DNA of 64,000 nt from Paecilomyces variotii (Eukaryota), in the NCBI GenBank assembly GCA_004022145.1, contig RCNU01000015.1. One strand, given 5' to 3'. Numbering within the stretch: the stretch's first letter is position 1; every line of letters starts with the position of its first letter. The position numbers were made by a program, and so were the translations under genes. Of this stretch, positions 26,992-39,900 are shown in pieces. The notes under the pieces are model-generated. The model was not told the origin of the DNA and did not search any database. It saw nothing but the letters and a program-made list of their open reading frames with translations.

Positions 26992-28402
26992 TTACTGTTT
27001 GGTAGTGACGACGGTTGTCTGCACATCAACTGTTCTCATAATTCCGATACCATTCATAGAATTATACTGTGCCGTCTGGCGTTCCGAATCACCTTGGATT
27101 GAGGTCTCGATCTTCGGCTCCCCCTGGGCGTTCGTAATGAGTATATCTTGGTCTGAACCAGCGTCCAGTATACTCATTCTGTGCTTGCTGCCTTTGGTCC
27201 CGTCGCTCCTGGAATTCTTCATCCGACTCATTTCGTGACCGGAAGTATGGGTTCCTTTCCCACTAGAGTATTCGCGAGAGTATGTAGTAATGAGAGCAGA
27301 AAGAGCGGGAAGACAGGCACAGATAACTCCGATACTGATCTCAGCATTGCTGAAAGTGTGGAAGTCAGCAGGATCCATCTTGTATGATTGTTGGATTGCT
27401 TACCCAAACATGTTGATCCGCATGAACTGATACGTTCCATCCGGAGAGCTGGCGAAGTCGACAATAAAAATCAAACGAATGATACTGGATGCACAAGCCA
27501 GGCCACCCGCTCCGAGAATTGCCATGACTCTCATCTTCTTCCTGAACGGCATCTGCAGCGACAGAGTCAAGGGCAGAGGAAGTGTAAGGATGACCAAATC
27601 ACTGACGACACTAACGACCGCGTCTGCCAGAATAATGGCACTCTCGTCCAGGCAAGTACCGTGCCCGCTTTTTGTCCAGAAGTAAGAGATAGGGGAACAG
27701 ATGCGGATCTTGACGATGACAGCGGGGATATAGTATGCCAGCATAATTCCCAGGATAATGTAAATGAATATGACCGTCTTCTTGTAAGGGCTGAATACTC
27801 TCGTCATGATCAATAGTAGAGAGGTCTTTGTGAGGAACGCCATAGGACCATACATGACCATTGTCACATAGACTGTCTATACAGGACACCAGTCAGTCGC
27901 GCGCCCTGGAATATGCAGAAATAACTTCTCACCTTTTCAAACGGTATAATGTGTTCCTTGGGGACATCTTCGATATGCATTCCTCCTCCGAAATGGCCCA
28001 CTGAAGATAATTGTCAGTTAGACGCTACCGAGTTCGACATAAGAGCAACACCTACTGATCAGAGCGATGACAGAATAGCAGACACCAAGAACCTATATAT
28101 CTATAAGCCACTGTATCCACGCAAATAACGTTCGGTGCTCTTACATATGCACCAGTGCACATCACTATCCCACTCAGCAGTTAATCATGTATAGAAGGGT
28201 GATGAGAAAACATACTGTCCTCTTTATTGAACCCATTGAACACATGCGTCCTGGCGTATACTCGCAGACCCCAAAAGATAGTCATAAATATAATACATAA
28301 CGATTGTGCAGCGGTATTGATGGTGTTGACAGATCGGTCGGGCGCCCGGTCTCGACTCTCGACCGGCGTAGTCGTATCTTGGATAAGTTGAAGAGCAGCC
28401 AT
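26992..28402 (-). CDS. PTH11-like integral membrane protein (fungal rhodopsin domain)
   Basis: Contains LRVYAR…GFNKED, FLTKTSLLL, SDLVILTLPLPL, LQMPFRKK and AEISIGVICACLP. Multiple short introns. Confidence 0.88.
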
Positions 28403-29769
28403 TTTGTCTTCGTCTTGTCTTGTCTGTTGGCGTCCTGGCCGTGGGACTAAAGAGACTCAAAAAGGGCACTCGATATACCCCAGGGCTCTAGACGGTTAAT
28501 GAATTAAAGACAGACAGTATATAGTTCGCGCATGGCCAAGGGGGCCGTTTACAGCCCCTGGATATCACGAACTGCCGGCGAAAAATGAACCCCGGTATTA
28601 AAGTCAAAAGTTAAAATGGACATGCAGCGATTCTATAGCGAGATGAATGCCCAATAATACACAGATAAGACATGGGGTATGAAGAACTATCCATAGGCTA
28701 AATAGGCCGGTCAACGTGCAGTACAAACTCTCCGCGGAAACCCGTCGCTTGGCAATTTGCTTGACTCGTGGTCTGTCACAGAACACGTTCCTGGCAGTTC
28801 CTGACAGTCCCTGACATAGCCGAAGATTCTACGTGCGGGCAAGGCTCTGAGACCCTGTGACAGCGCGCCTCCTACTGTTTACGGATCAGAAAAGGCTGAA
28901 TCCGGCCATGTCGCGGGATTAGTTTATGCATAGGATGACATCGGAAAGCCTGGTCTAGCGCGAAGGAAGACGTTGGATCAGGGCGTATCCCGATTAGTTG
29001 AGAAAAGCTCTGTGCATAAGATCTGCACTTTAAGCCCTCTCCAGGATCAGGGGTGCGTCGCCAATTGAGATGGGTGAATGTTCAATGTGCAGGGAGCCTC
29101 TTTGGATCCGCTGTGCAGCGGAATACTCCGTATATCGTCAGCCATGAGCGGGAGAGGCGTTTTTGTTCGTCAGGGGATTCAACTCTTACATCCGAAATCA
29201 TTTATAAAACCTCTTCTTGGTCACGGGCTCGTTAGTTTAGGGCATGCATACGATCGCTCACACAGACTGGTGCTCTGACCTTGCGTTCGCACGATCTGAA
29301 TCCCATAAGCGCCCTAGCTGCGCTGCGAATTTCCCCAAAGAAACCACCGCACTGAATATCTGTATGATCGACGAGTCGATCATTACTTCAGACGGGTAAC
29401 GTGGCCGGTATGTCGACTGTCCAAGGCCCTTGGCAAGCGAAATACGCACCAGTATTCGAATGGCAAAAGCTTTCTTCTGCACAGAAGATTTTTCATGAAA
29501 AATCCTTGCCCTCTGCAGGTAATAATATTGCCTGAGGGGAGGAATCGATCAACAATGCAGGACATTATACTAGACTTATAAACACTAGGTAAAGGTACTA
29601 CGGTTGATTCGGAAAAAGACGGACGAGTAGTTTGAGAGATTGGCGGATTGAGATTCTGGCTGAGGTCCAAGCTGTGCGAATCACGCACTATACGTACTTA
29701 GTGAATTACAACGTACCGTGGAATTGGGACATCGTCTCTACTCAATCCTGCGCTTCCGTATGGGGTACT

Positions 29770-30997
29770 CTAGAAGATAGCCATCATGTTTGGGGGCGAC
29801 GAAACGCCACCGGGCATGTTCAGTGGCACAGATGCCACGAAGAAGCTCCACCGCTTGTGCTCTGCGCAGACACGGGATAGAGCTTCTAGGTCGAAGAGCT
29901 CGCCTACAGTCCAAGTTAGTGGGTTAATTCATGAACAGTTGTGTGTAGGGATTCCAGGAAACCGATACACGTACCGATTGGCATTCCCCAACCAGCGATC
30001 ACGTACTCATGCAGGAACAGATCACCTTGAGGTGGATAGACCTAGATAGTAAGTACAAGGGGATGTCAGTTGAAACATGGTTGCTTTTTTCTCGCTTATG
30101 GACATTGCTTACCTCCCAACTGATCGCATCACTAGCGATAGCGGCAAAGCCTGAATCCCAGAGCCAGCGGAGAACATCGGTTGTGGCTTCGACTCCCGCG
30201 TGGTGAGGATTCTTATTATCAGAGTAGACCTGCTTCTGCGCATCTGTCATGACAGTATCCCACTCTTTTGTAACACCGATGCGAACAAAGAGGATATCAC
30301 CCTTTTCAAAGGTGATATTACTTTCCTTCGCAATCTCTAGGATCTCACTCAGCCGCACCTGATGAGTCGAGAAAGTGGTATATTTGATGCCTCGCTTTTC
30401 AGCGTAGGAAGCATAATCAATGAGGACCCCGCGGCCTGGGAGATATCAGACTAACTCGACCGGGAAATGCATTGTTAAGAGGCTTTCGTACCTGCAATAC
30501 CCTCCTGGGCCCAGTGTTGAAGACCGATACGGTGATTTTTACGGTCATTGATCTCTTCTTTGGTGGTGCCACCGTAGAACAGTCTCTCCTCCTGACCAGG
30601 CACCGTCTGAGAGAAATGACGAAGGCCATCCCACTGGCTACTCTGTTCTTTCCCGAACTATCAACTTTTGGTGCCCTCACGGCATGATGTAGGATGGATA
30701 CCTACGAGGGTTGAATGTATAAACGTCATCAAAGGCTATCCCACCGAGTAACGGGATAATGTTGTGTTCGCAAGGTTGGCGATTCAGATTTGGGAAATCC
30801 AGCTTTGTCAGATCCCAGCCCAGGGTCACTCGCTTGCCTGTCTTGATCTGTGTCGCAGCAGCTTTCGCCACTACTTCAGGAGTCAAGATGGCCAGTTTAC
30901 CGAGCCCTTCTTCACGACTCCCTGGCTTCCCAACCCATACCTGCTTGGGGTTAGGGAGTTCGTCAAAGGGGTTATCGTAGGGAGATTTCTCGGACAT
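29770..30997 (-). CDS. Cyclase-family metal-dependent hydrolase (kynurenine formamidase / isatin hydrolase-like)
   Basis: Contains LGKLAILTPE, DDVYTFNP, SQWDGLRHF, GIAG/RGVLIDY, GDILFVRIG, FAAIASD, LHEYVIAGWGMPIG/ELFDLE and GVSSPPNMMAIF*. Confidence 0.88.
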
Positions 30998-32669
30998 GGT
31001 CAGACGATAATGTTTCTCAATATTGCCACGAGACGCAACGAACAGAAAGAGAAAGGACCCAGACACTGCGCAAGCTCCAGGTAGAATACACTTCAATCCC
31101 TGATCTGATTTATATAAGAAAAGGAGAGACAGCGGTAATGGATCAATTAAAAGGCTTTTCAAAACACTAGTAACTGTCTAGCTCTATCTTTTGATTGGTT
31201 ATTTGCTTTCCAATGTCACCCATGTGATCGTTCATTGCTTTCCTATCACGCTGATCAGAACTAGATCTCCAAGCTCTGTAATCTTGTGTTTGGCTAGATT
31301 TGTCCTATTTACATCGCTAAATTTGCGCGCTCTTATTTGTTAGAATTAGATTTGCTCTATTTGCGCTGTCTGTTCTGCTGCACAAGTTCCAGGTAATAAT
31401 ACCACACTTCATTTGCGCAAGAAGGGGAGAGATAGGTAATATAAACCGACCAATGAGACGGTCTATGTTACTCCATAATGTCGCGTGGAATACTTGCCAG
31501 CTTACTCCGTAGTCCGTAGTCAATCCCAGCAGTGTTGGCGCGTCAACTGGAGACTTTATGACAGGGTTCGGCATCGTTTGCGCGATAACAATGACAGCGG
31601 ACGTTGACCCAGAAAGGGATCTATAACTCCCAAGTGAAAATCGCATCGGCACAGTTCCTCTCCGGGTCTGAACACCAATCTACTGTACAAATGCCGTACT
31701 CCATAACCGATTAGGGTAGCAATCTAGGTCAGTCATTTTCCAGCGTTATACTTCAGAAATGCACTGACATTCAGCGGCAGCTTGTACGGCATCAATACAG
31801 GAGCCACACACTCCAAGGAACCACAATTGAACGTTTCCGCGGCACAGAACGGAGTTTCTCGTCGTTCGCCGTATTTTACCTATGTTAAGCTACCGCTAGG
31901 ACCCCTGGTTCGCTCGGTTGGCGCAAGACTGAACTACCAGCGCTAAACAATCGTCAAGTCTCGGCCCCCCGCAAGCCGCAAGTCTAGTTACTCGATCGAC
32001 ATCGCCTCCTCAGACCGGGGTACGAAGTCTCTAATCCGTAATCTTAACGCTCATCCGTTTCTGCAGCTGCACGAGCTAATGTCTGTACGATATCGATAAT
32101 CTCACTGGCAAATCCCCCCCTTCATCGTCCCGTCTCCTGAACGAACTTCGGCTCCCATACTCCCGGTTCTCTCGCAGTCAAAGCAGTGGGTCTGCTCATC
32201 ATGCCTGTCACCATACGATTGTCAAGATCCGAAAAATGCGAAACGCGTGTTGCTGTACTCTAGCTAATAATGAGCAGCGTTGGACGGATCAGCGGAACCT
32301 TCCCTGACTTGGCAGTCAAGCAGAGATGAACATGGTCTGGACAGTCTGGACGGAATTGATCCGCCAGGCCTTGTCATCGGCTTAACAAGGAGCCTGATAT
32401 AGAGTAGTAGGACCAGGGCCTAACTTACTTAGGAGCTAGATACCCCGGTCCATTTGAAAAGATCATCTTCCTGTCTGCTCGTGGAAGAGACGTAGAAGTT
32501 TGTGAAACGGAAGCTGAACTTTGGATGTCTTGCTTCTGCCTTTCACTTTTTCCCTCTTCTCTAATTTCCCCTGCAGCGTGCAATTTCTGATACATTCTGC
32601 TTTTGTTTCCTTTTCTCCGTCTCGATCAAAATATCTCATCCTCTTGGCTGACGAGAGCGTTCCGCAGCC

Positions 32670-34674
32670 ATGGCTAATTTCGGAACGCAGACCAGCCCGT
32701 ACAACCGGCTGGTGACAATCTTTGTGGCAATTGGATCCCTGGTAAGTGATACCACCTTGGCTACGCCAGATTTCGCTGTCTTATTCTGGCAGTGCATAAA
32801 AGCAGAAGTTCTGACGACCATTTTATAGACCTACGGTTATTGTGCCTCAATCATCAGTAGTACTATCGGCCAACCAGGATGGTTTGAGTTCTTCAATCTC
32901 CCTCAGTCGGGTCCTGGATATGCAACAACTACAACCAATGCGGAATCTACCGCCAATGGCGTCTTCAGCGCCGGAGGCGCGGTTGGCACATTGTTTATTA
33001 TGTGGGCATGCGACTACTTAGGTCGTAAGATGAACATCCAACTGGGTGCTTTGGCAACGATGGTTGGAGGAGCTCTTCAGGGAGGAGCAGCGAATCTCAA
33101 GTACGGTAGTCGTCCTTGTAAAGCTTTGTACTGGATATGCTGACATAAAGCAGGATGTTTCAAGCTGGGAGGTTCATTTGTGGCTTGGGTATTGGTGTCC
33201 TAGTAACGGTCTGCCCAATGTACCTTTCGGAGATGTCCAGTGCACATCGTCGCGGTTGGCTGGTGGGTCATCATGCCATCTTTCTTGTTTTTGGCTATAT
33301 GATGGCGGGCTGGGTTGGCTTTGCATGCTACTACGCTACGGATACAATCCCCTCGTTTGCGTGGCGGTTCCCCCTCTGTCTGCAATGCTTCCCACCCCTG
33401 GTGTTGCTGCTGGGATCTCCATGGCTTCCGCGCTCCCCGAGATGGTTGATTTCGAAAGGAAAAATGGACGAGGCATTGCTTGTGTTGAAGCGCCTCCGTG
33501 CTTCTCCTGATGACCCTAATGATTTGGTTGCCCAGGAGGAGTTCCATCAGACAAAGATGCAGCTGCAGCTCGAAGCTGAGAAGCTGGCTGCCACCGGTCA
33601 CAGCGTGTGGACTGCAGTGTGGAAGAAGAAGTCCTACAGGAAGCGTATGATCATTGGATTCCTCACCCAATGGGGTGCAGAATTCGGTGGGCCCCTGATC
33701 ATCGTAAGTTAGACCAGCCTCGCAGTTAGATCAACCAGCTAACCACAGTCAGAACAACTACGCTGTTCTTCTGTACACCAACCTTGGAATGACAGGCAGT
33801 ATGCCTCTTCTTCTGAGCGCGGTCTGGCTTACTACTGCTGGTAAGTTCCTCAGTCTACCGATTTCTTGCTCTCGCCAAACTGATCACTATAAGGTTGCAT
33901 CTACAACCCGCTTGGCGCCTGGCTGCACGATAGGGTCAACTCCCGTCGCAAGATGTACATCACCGGATTCATTGGAGTGGTCGTTACTACCTCTTGCCTT
34001 GCTGCTATGACTGCTGAATACTCTGGCACCAAGAACAAAGTTGGAAATGGCTTTGGTATCTTCTTCATGTTCTTGTATCTCGCGTTCCAAGGGTATGTGT
34101 CCCTATCTAGCTTGTTCTGGAAACAAAACTGACAACCTCATGTGCAGAACATTCTGTGACACCACTATGTACCTCTATGTCTCCGAGATTTTCCCAACTG
34201 AGATTCGCCCCATTGGTATGGGTTTCTCGCTGTTTGGACAGTTTGCTGGTAAGTTTACATGTTGCGCAATAACACGGTCACTGGTTGACTTTAGTGATAG
34301 CTACCATTATCCTGCTGCAAACCGCCCCCATCGGTTTCAACAATGTCCACTGGAAGTACTTCCTGGTCATCATTTGCTGGTCTGCCTTCTTCATTCCAAG
34401 TAAGAATACCATCCCCTCGACCTTTAACTCGATCCCTAGATAATAACATCTAACCCCTGCAGTTATCTACTTCTTCTTCCCTGAAACTGCCCGTCTTTCC
34501 CTGGAGGAGATCGCCAAGAACTTCGGTGAAGAAGTTGCTGTCCACATTTCCGACGCGACGGACGAGGAGAAAGCCCAGCTGGAGAGCAACCTTGCCGGTA
34601 GAGCATCTCCTTCTCAAGCCAGTGACCAGCGACCATCAGAGGTTGAGAAACAAACCCCTAAGGCCGACAACTGA
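32670..34674 (+). CDS. MFS sugar porter family transporter
   Basis: Contains CDYLGRK, AGRFICGLG, PMYLSEMS, WRFPL, PRSPRWL, YVSEIFPTEIR and FFPETARLSLEEI. About 7 introns. Confidence 0.9.
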
Positions 34675-35570
34675 AGGCCCATTGCTACTCTTTCATTGCC
34701 ACTGCTGAGGGAAATGGTATGGTAATCAAGCATGCGTGAGCTCTTCGCTTATCCCAACAATGTAGTCAGAGTCTGGACTTGAGGATTCCTATAGTTTTAT
34801 TTTTCTTCTTCGTTTTCTATGTTCTCTTTTCTGAATTTGCTGCATCGCACAGTATTATACCTATAGATTGTGTTTACTCCTATACCTTTATTTTTTTTGC
34901 ACGGTGCGCCGCTCCTTACTATTACTATCACTAGCACTAGCATTTCTGCTACCAGTCGCTCTCTCTTATTCAGCATAATGTTCTGAGATATCTGCGATAC
35001 TCGCTCCAATCCATTCGGAGAATTTCCATATTTGTGAGGATATTTCCACTTTTCTTTCATGACATGTCCCTCTTTTTCTTACCCTGTCAATGTGTTGAGG
35101 CAATGTGTCTAGAGGATGATTAGCTATGAGTGAGTGGTGAGTGAGTTGAATAGAGCCTGACGGAATGGGTCCAGTCGAAATCGTCTTGGATATATATAAC
35201 ATATGTTGGCCGGATAATCTATGATCTTTATCAGACTCAGACTATGTGATAGTTGATTGGCAGGTAGCTAGTCCAGTCTTCCTAACACTTGTCATTAGGT
35301 GCTTAGTGGCGAAAATTTCAAGATGATGTGTTGCGATGAACTAGGTCTTATATTATCTACCCACCTGCCCCTAACTAGTTATACAGTTTCCATGCCCTTA
35401 AGGAATCGACCAATATCAGCATCCAAAGCAAGAATCTTACCACTAGGGAGTTCCGGCTTCCTTATGCCTAATTATACTTTTCATAAAATAAATCTTTAGA
35501 TATTCACATGATGTACACCAAAATCTCAGGACTTCTGGCACGCGAGTCAGTTGACTCGGTTAGATATACT

Positions 35571-35654
35571 GCTCGTGCCTTTGCGCCTAGCGAGGTCATC
35601 GCACAGATCAATAGCTTCAGCTAGCCAGAGAATCTAAGCTGCAACAGCCCCAGC
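35571..35654 (-). repeat. Dispersed element, copy D (3' of arsC)
   Basis: GCTCGTGCCTTT…GATCAATAGCTTCAGCTAGCCAGAGAATCTAAGCTGCAACAGCCC aligns co-linearly with copy C (…GATAAATAGCCTGAGCTTGCTAGAGAATCCAAGCGCCAGACAGCCC). Confidence 0.65.
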
Positions 35655-35716
35655 TCAGAGAACATGAGGCAGAAACAGCCATGCCACTGGCGGGCTCGGG
35701 ACCTGTACAAGCACCC

Positions 35717-36124
35717 TTAAGAGATTGAACTATGGGACTGAAGTTCTGTGATGAGACTCTCGACGCGACGACGAATTGCTCGACGGATAGTCCGTACAAC
35801 ATCTAAGCCTTGCCCGGCGGGGTCATCAAGTTGCCAGTCGAGATAACGTTTGCCAGGAAAGAAGGGGCAGACATCCCCACAACCCATGGTGATGACAACA
35901 TCACTAGCTTGAACCGCGTCGGGGGTTAGACTCTTAGGTTTTTGGGTGCGGAGGTCGATACCCTCTTCGAGCATGGCTTCGACAACGATGGGATTGATAG
36001 AGTCGACTGGGGCAGATCCGGCGGAGCGGACTTCAATAGTATCACCAGCAAGATGACTCAGGTAGGCGGCAGCCATTTGGGAGCGACCAGCGTTGTGGAC
36101 GCAGACGAACAAGACGCTGGGCAT
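35717..36124 (-). CDS. arsC: Arsenate reductase, LMW-PTP fold (bacterial thioredoxin-coupled ArsC type), intronless
   Basis: 135 aa. Has the P-loop VLFVCVHNAGRSQMA (CX5R), SAGS, VITMGCGDVCP (resolving Cys pair) and WQLDDPAG. Confidence 0.92.
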   Translation of the reverse strand: MPSVLFVCVHNAGRSQMAAAYLSHLAGDTIEVRSAGSAPVDSINPIVVEAMLEEGIDLRTQKPKSLTPDAVQASDVVITMGCGDVCPFFPGKRYLDWQLDDPAGQGLDVVRTIRRAIRRRVESLITELQSHSSIS

Positions 36125-36709
36125 TTTGGGTACGAAATGTCTTTCGTGTTATCCGTTGAGTGGTTGTTGTGGCGTGGCTTGTTAATGGGAGGGACGATGC
36201 TATCACAATAGCAGTTCTCGGCGAATATAAAGGGCAGATATCTCCAAGATATATTACGAAACAAGAAAAAAAGTGAGATGACAATGTTTCCACTCGTGCA
36301 TGCAAAGAAGAAACATCAAGAGGCTGTTCTAGGCTTTTGTAAACCACATAATAGCTTGCAAAAGAGGAAAATAAATGACTCTTCAGTCTAGAACGTTCTG
36401 TCATATAATGATCTTGTCCCACAACTCAGTAGCGTTTGGCAAGTGGATTTTCGTAATTCGTATTCGAATTGTATGTAGAAGAAGAAAAATTCGCATCTGT
36501 AATAGAGCACGCATTGTTGAAGTCGAAACCACCATCTAGTTATTTGGATAAACATCTCCATTTTTCGCTGATAAGCAACTCTGAGCTGATGGCTGGTGGC
36601 CTGACTTTATTACGACGGGGATAGGACGTCGTCATCAAACACTGTTTTGATATAAACATCTTATAGATCTTAGACAGCAACTGCATGTCACATCAACGCT
36701 GTAAGTGGT

Positions 36710-36742
36710 CGAAAATCCAGAGGGGAAAATGCTGGATTTTCG
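36710..36742. promoter_or_regulatory. Perfect 11-bp inverted repeat in the arsC/acr3 divergent promoter
   Basis: CGAAAATCCAG-N11-CTGGATTTTCG, with an extra half-site TGGATTTTCGT at 36444-36454. Confidence 0.5.
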
Positions 36743-36978
36743 TCCATGACAAACCACAAGCCCGGAGACATGTTCGCCATCGATGATTGGTTAAGCGAGG
36801 CTGAGTGTCGTTCGCCTCGTCTGATTGGCCATCTTGGACAGATCAAGTCTAGCGTATAAATTGTTCTGATCTATATTCGACAAACGACTCCATTCTGTTT
36901 GTCCATGGAGATTTTCTGAGAGGCACTGAAATCCACTTCAATTTTCCTTCAATATTTCATACGATTAACCGGCTGGCG

Positions 36979-38349
36979 ATGGTTACCACAATTCCTTGCA
37001 TAGGTTTCCCTGCGAAGACCAAACAGCAATCTCACAACCCAGAACTATATAATCAGTCGACAAGTCCCACGACTGAGGATGCCGAAAAGCAAAAAACAAG
37101 CGAATGTGAAGATTGTACGTCCAAACAATCAGCCTTCAAGAGTCTTGGATGGTTGGATCGGTTTCTGGCCGTATGGATCTTTCTTGCCATGGCCATCGGA
37201 ATCATACTGGGGAATTTTGTGGAAGAGACGGGCCCTGCCCTTCAGAAGGGGAAGTTTGTCGGGGTTTCTGTTCCGATTGGTATTGACTCACGACTTTCTT
37301 AGCAATAGTACTTGACTGACACGTTACAAGCAATCGGTCTCCTGGTAATGATGTATCCCATTCTTTGCAAAGTGCGATATGAATCGTTACACCACGTCTT
37401 CCGAGACCGGGGGATATGGATTCAGATCGCGTTTAGTATCTTTGTTAACTGGATCATCGCTCCTTTCTTGATGGTAAGAGGGCAGAAGTACTTGACTCGT
37501 GACGATAATTCTTGCTGACATTCCATATTGTAGCTGGGGTTGGCATGGGCTTTCCTTCCGGACGAACCAGAGCTTCGGGAGGGCTTAATTCTCGTTGGGC
37601 TAGCCAGATGTATCGCTATGGTAAGTGTTTTTCTTAACGTGTTACTCTCTACGTTTCGTGAGGATATATACTAACATATATCCTGCTAATAGGTTCTTAT
37701 CTGGACCGGTCTCGCTGGCGGCGACAGTGAATACTGCGCCATTCTCGTCGCAATCAATTCACTGCTGCAGATGATACTCTTTGCTCCATTGGCCGTCTTC
37801 TTTATTCAGGTCATCAGTCACTCGGGCAGTGAGGTTACACTATCTTATTCGACCGCTGCTGAAAGCGTAGCGGTGTTCCTTGGCATCCCCTTGGGTGCCG
37901 CAATCATAACCCGCATTATCCTTCGAAAGATCGCTGGCGAGCGTTGGTATGACCAGGTTTTCCTGAAATGGGCTAGTCCGTGGTCACTTCTTGGGCTTTT
38001 ATTTACGATCCTTGTGCTGTTCGCGTCTCAGGGCCGCCAGGTGGTACATCAGATCGTATCAGTGATACGAGTTGCCGCTCCGCTTATCGTCTATTTTGTT
38101 ATTGTCTTCTTCATCACTCTTCTTGTGACTTACAAGCTTGGGTTTGGTTATAAGCTGAGTGCCACGCAAAGTTTCACAGCTGCCAGCAATAATTTTGAGC
38201 TTGCCATTGCTGTCGCTGTCGCGACATTCGGTGCCAACAGCAATCAAGCGCTTGCCTCCACTGTGGGACCGTTGATTGAGGTTCCGGTACTGCTTAGTCT
38301 TGTCTATGTTGTCAGGTTTATAGCGAGGCGAATTGGCTGGAAAGACTGA
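36979..38349 (+). CDS. acr3: Arsenite efflux transporter Acr3
   Basis: Contains [64 protein letters not shown] and [10 protein letters not shown]. Three introns. Confidence 0.95.
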
Positions 38350-39900
38350 AATGATAAGGGAACAATCCAGCTCTTGTCAGTTTATTATATAGTCGTTCAT
38401 TTACCGGCTACAGAAGGCTACAAATCCTCCTGAGATAGGGGGCAACAGCAAGGTTGCAATCATCGATATCCTTGCAACACACGAGCCTCAAACGGGGATA
38501 AAAAAAGATCTCTCCTTGTATGTTGGCTCTATAGCTAGGGCTAACCAGGTCGGCAATTAAGAAAGATACCTAAAGGAAGCAGGGTTTCAAAGTAATCAAT
38601 CAAGTTCCCTCTTTTCAATTGATCCCCAGCTGACACCGACAATATAGACGTTCTGATTCTCAGCATTAATAGCGACCTAAACGTTTACAAGGAAATGTGG
38701 CAAAGTGAAAAATCTGACGGACCAGGGCTGTGCAAGCTCATGTTGTAATCCTGCGAAACTCGATACATTTGAGGAGACAAGGGAACTGCCAGACGTAGAT
38801 TTCAATCGCTGGACTGGTGAGTTAACCTAAAGAAGTCAGTAAGAAATACCGCTGAGGGTTGTTTCCCTCAAGGCTCCTTCAACCTCTTTGCTGTAAAGCC
38901 CAATATTTATGATTAACACAGCACATTAATCTCTAACCCAATAAAGATAAACTATTCAATATTGTTCATAGCGTCAATGGATTCTTAACAGCTTGGAGTT
39001 ACGCTTATAAGAATTAATTGATTTAGTAGCTAGATCGTGCATGTATTGAGGTCAACAGTAATCTTGCTAGCATTCTTGCTAGTAATAGATATTTATCCTT
39101 CTTGCAGCCTTCGATGGCGTAGAAAAGGTACTGTTTATGATTTAAAGAGGGCCCAGGTCTCATCTCAAAGGCAGCTAACTGTAATAAACTCCATCTAACC
39201 AGCCTGGAGATTCAGTGAGTGAATATGCGAGAAATCATCAAGGCCCCTCCACCTGCCGTCAGAAATTAGTGGTGGTCTAGACACTGGCTCCAAAGGATTT
39301 GCTTATTAAACAAATGTAGAAGGCTTGACTGGAATCAGGAGAGACAGCCCAGACGAAGTCTCGTATGTCACAGCCACTAGCTAATTGGTTGTTTCGAATA
39401 TGTCTAGCGTTGTCCTTTCTCGAAGAAAAATGACATTTCTAGCGTGATCCTCCAGGCTCTGGATTCGAGACTCCTATATGTATCTAAAGCCTCTTTGTCA
39501 GTCAACCTTTTCTAACACGCTGGCATTCCTTTCATGCGGGTTCCTATTCATAACATAAACCTACAATTAAAGCTTAATAATCCATCTGTTATTGCTCATC
39601 TAGCCTGATAAATGCTACTATTATGCTAGGTGAATTTATATAAGATGCATCTTATCAATTGGAACACCAAGGCATCTGCAAGGATTATTCGGCACTTATA
39701 AATCGCATAACAACCTTTTTCAGCAGTCGCCTGTTTCACTCTATTCATGATGTGCGACCCGAACTTGAGTATGACTGGCGTCCAATTTGCATGATGAAGA
39801 ATATGTTAACTTTCAATAGACCTAATACTTATTAGTTTCTCGCGGTATAGCAATTAAAAAGAATATAGTGGATCGTATCCCAGAAATCGGACTGGTCTTT

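Noticed and set aside
35717-36124. arsC as bacterial contamination or misassembly
   Set aside because: It is embedded among intron-containing fungal genes, functionally paired with fungal acr3, has host-like base composition and carries a host repeat copy in its 3' flank.
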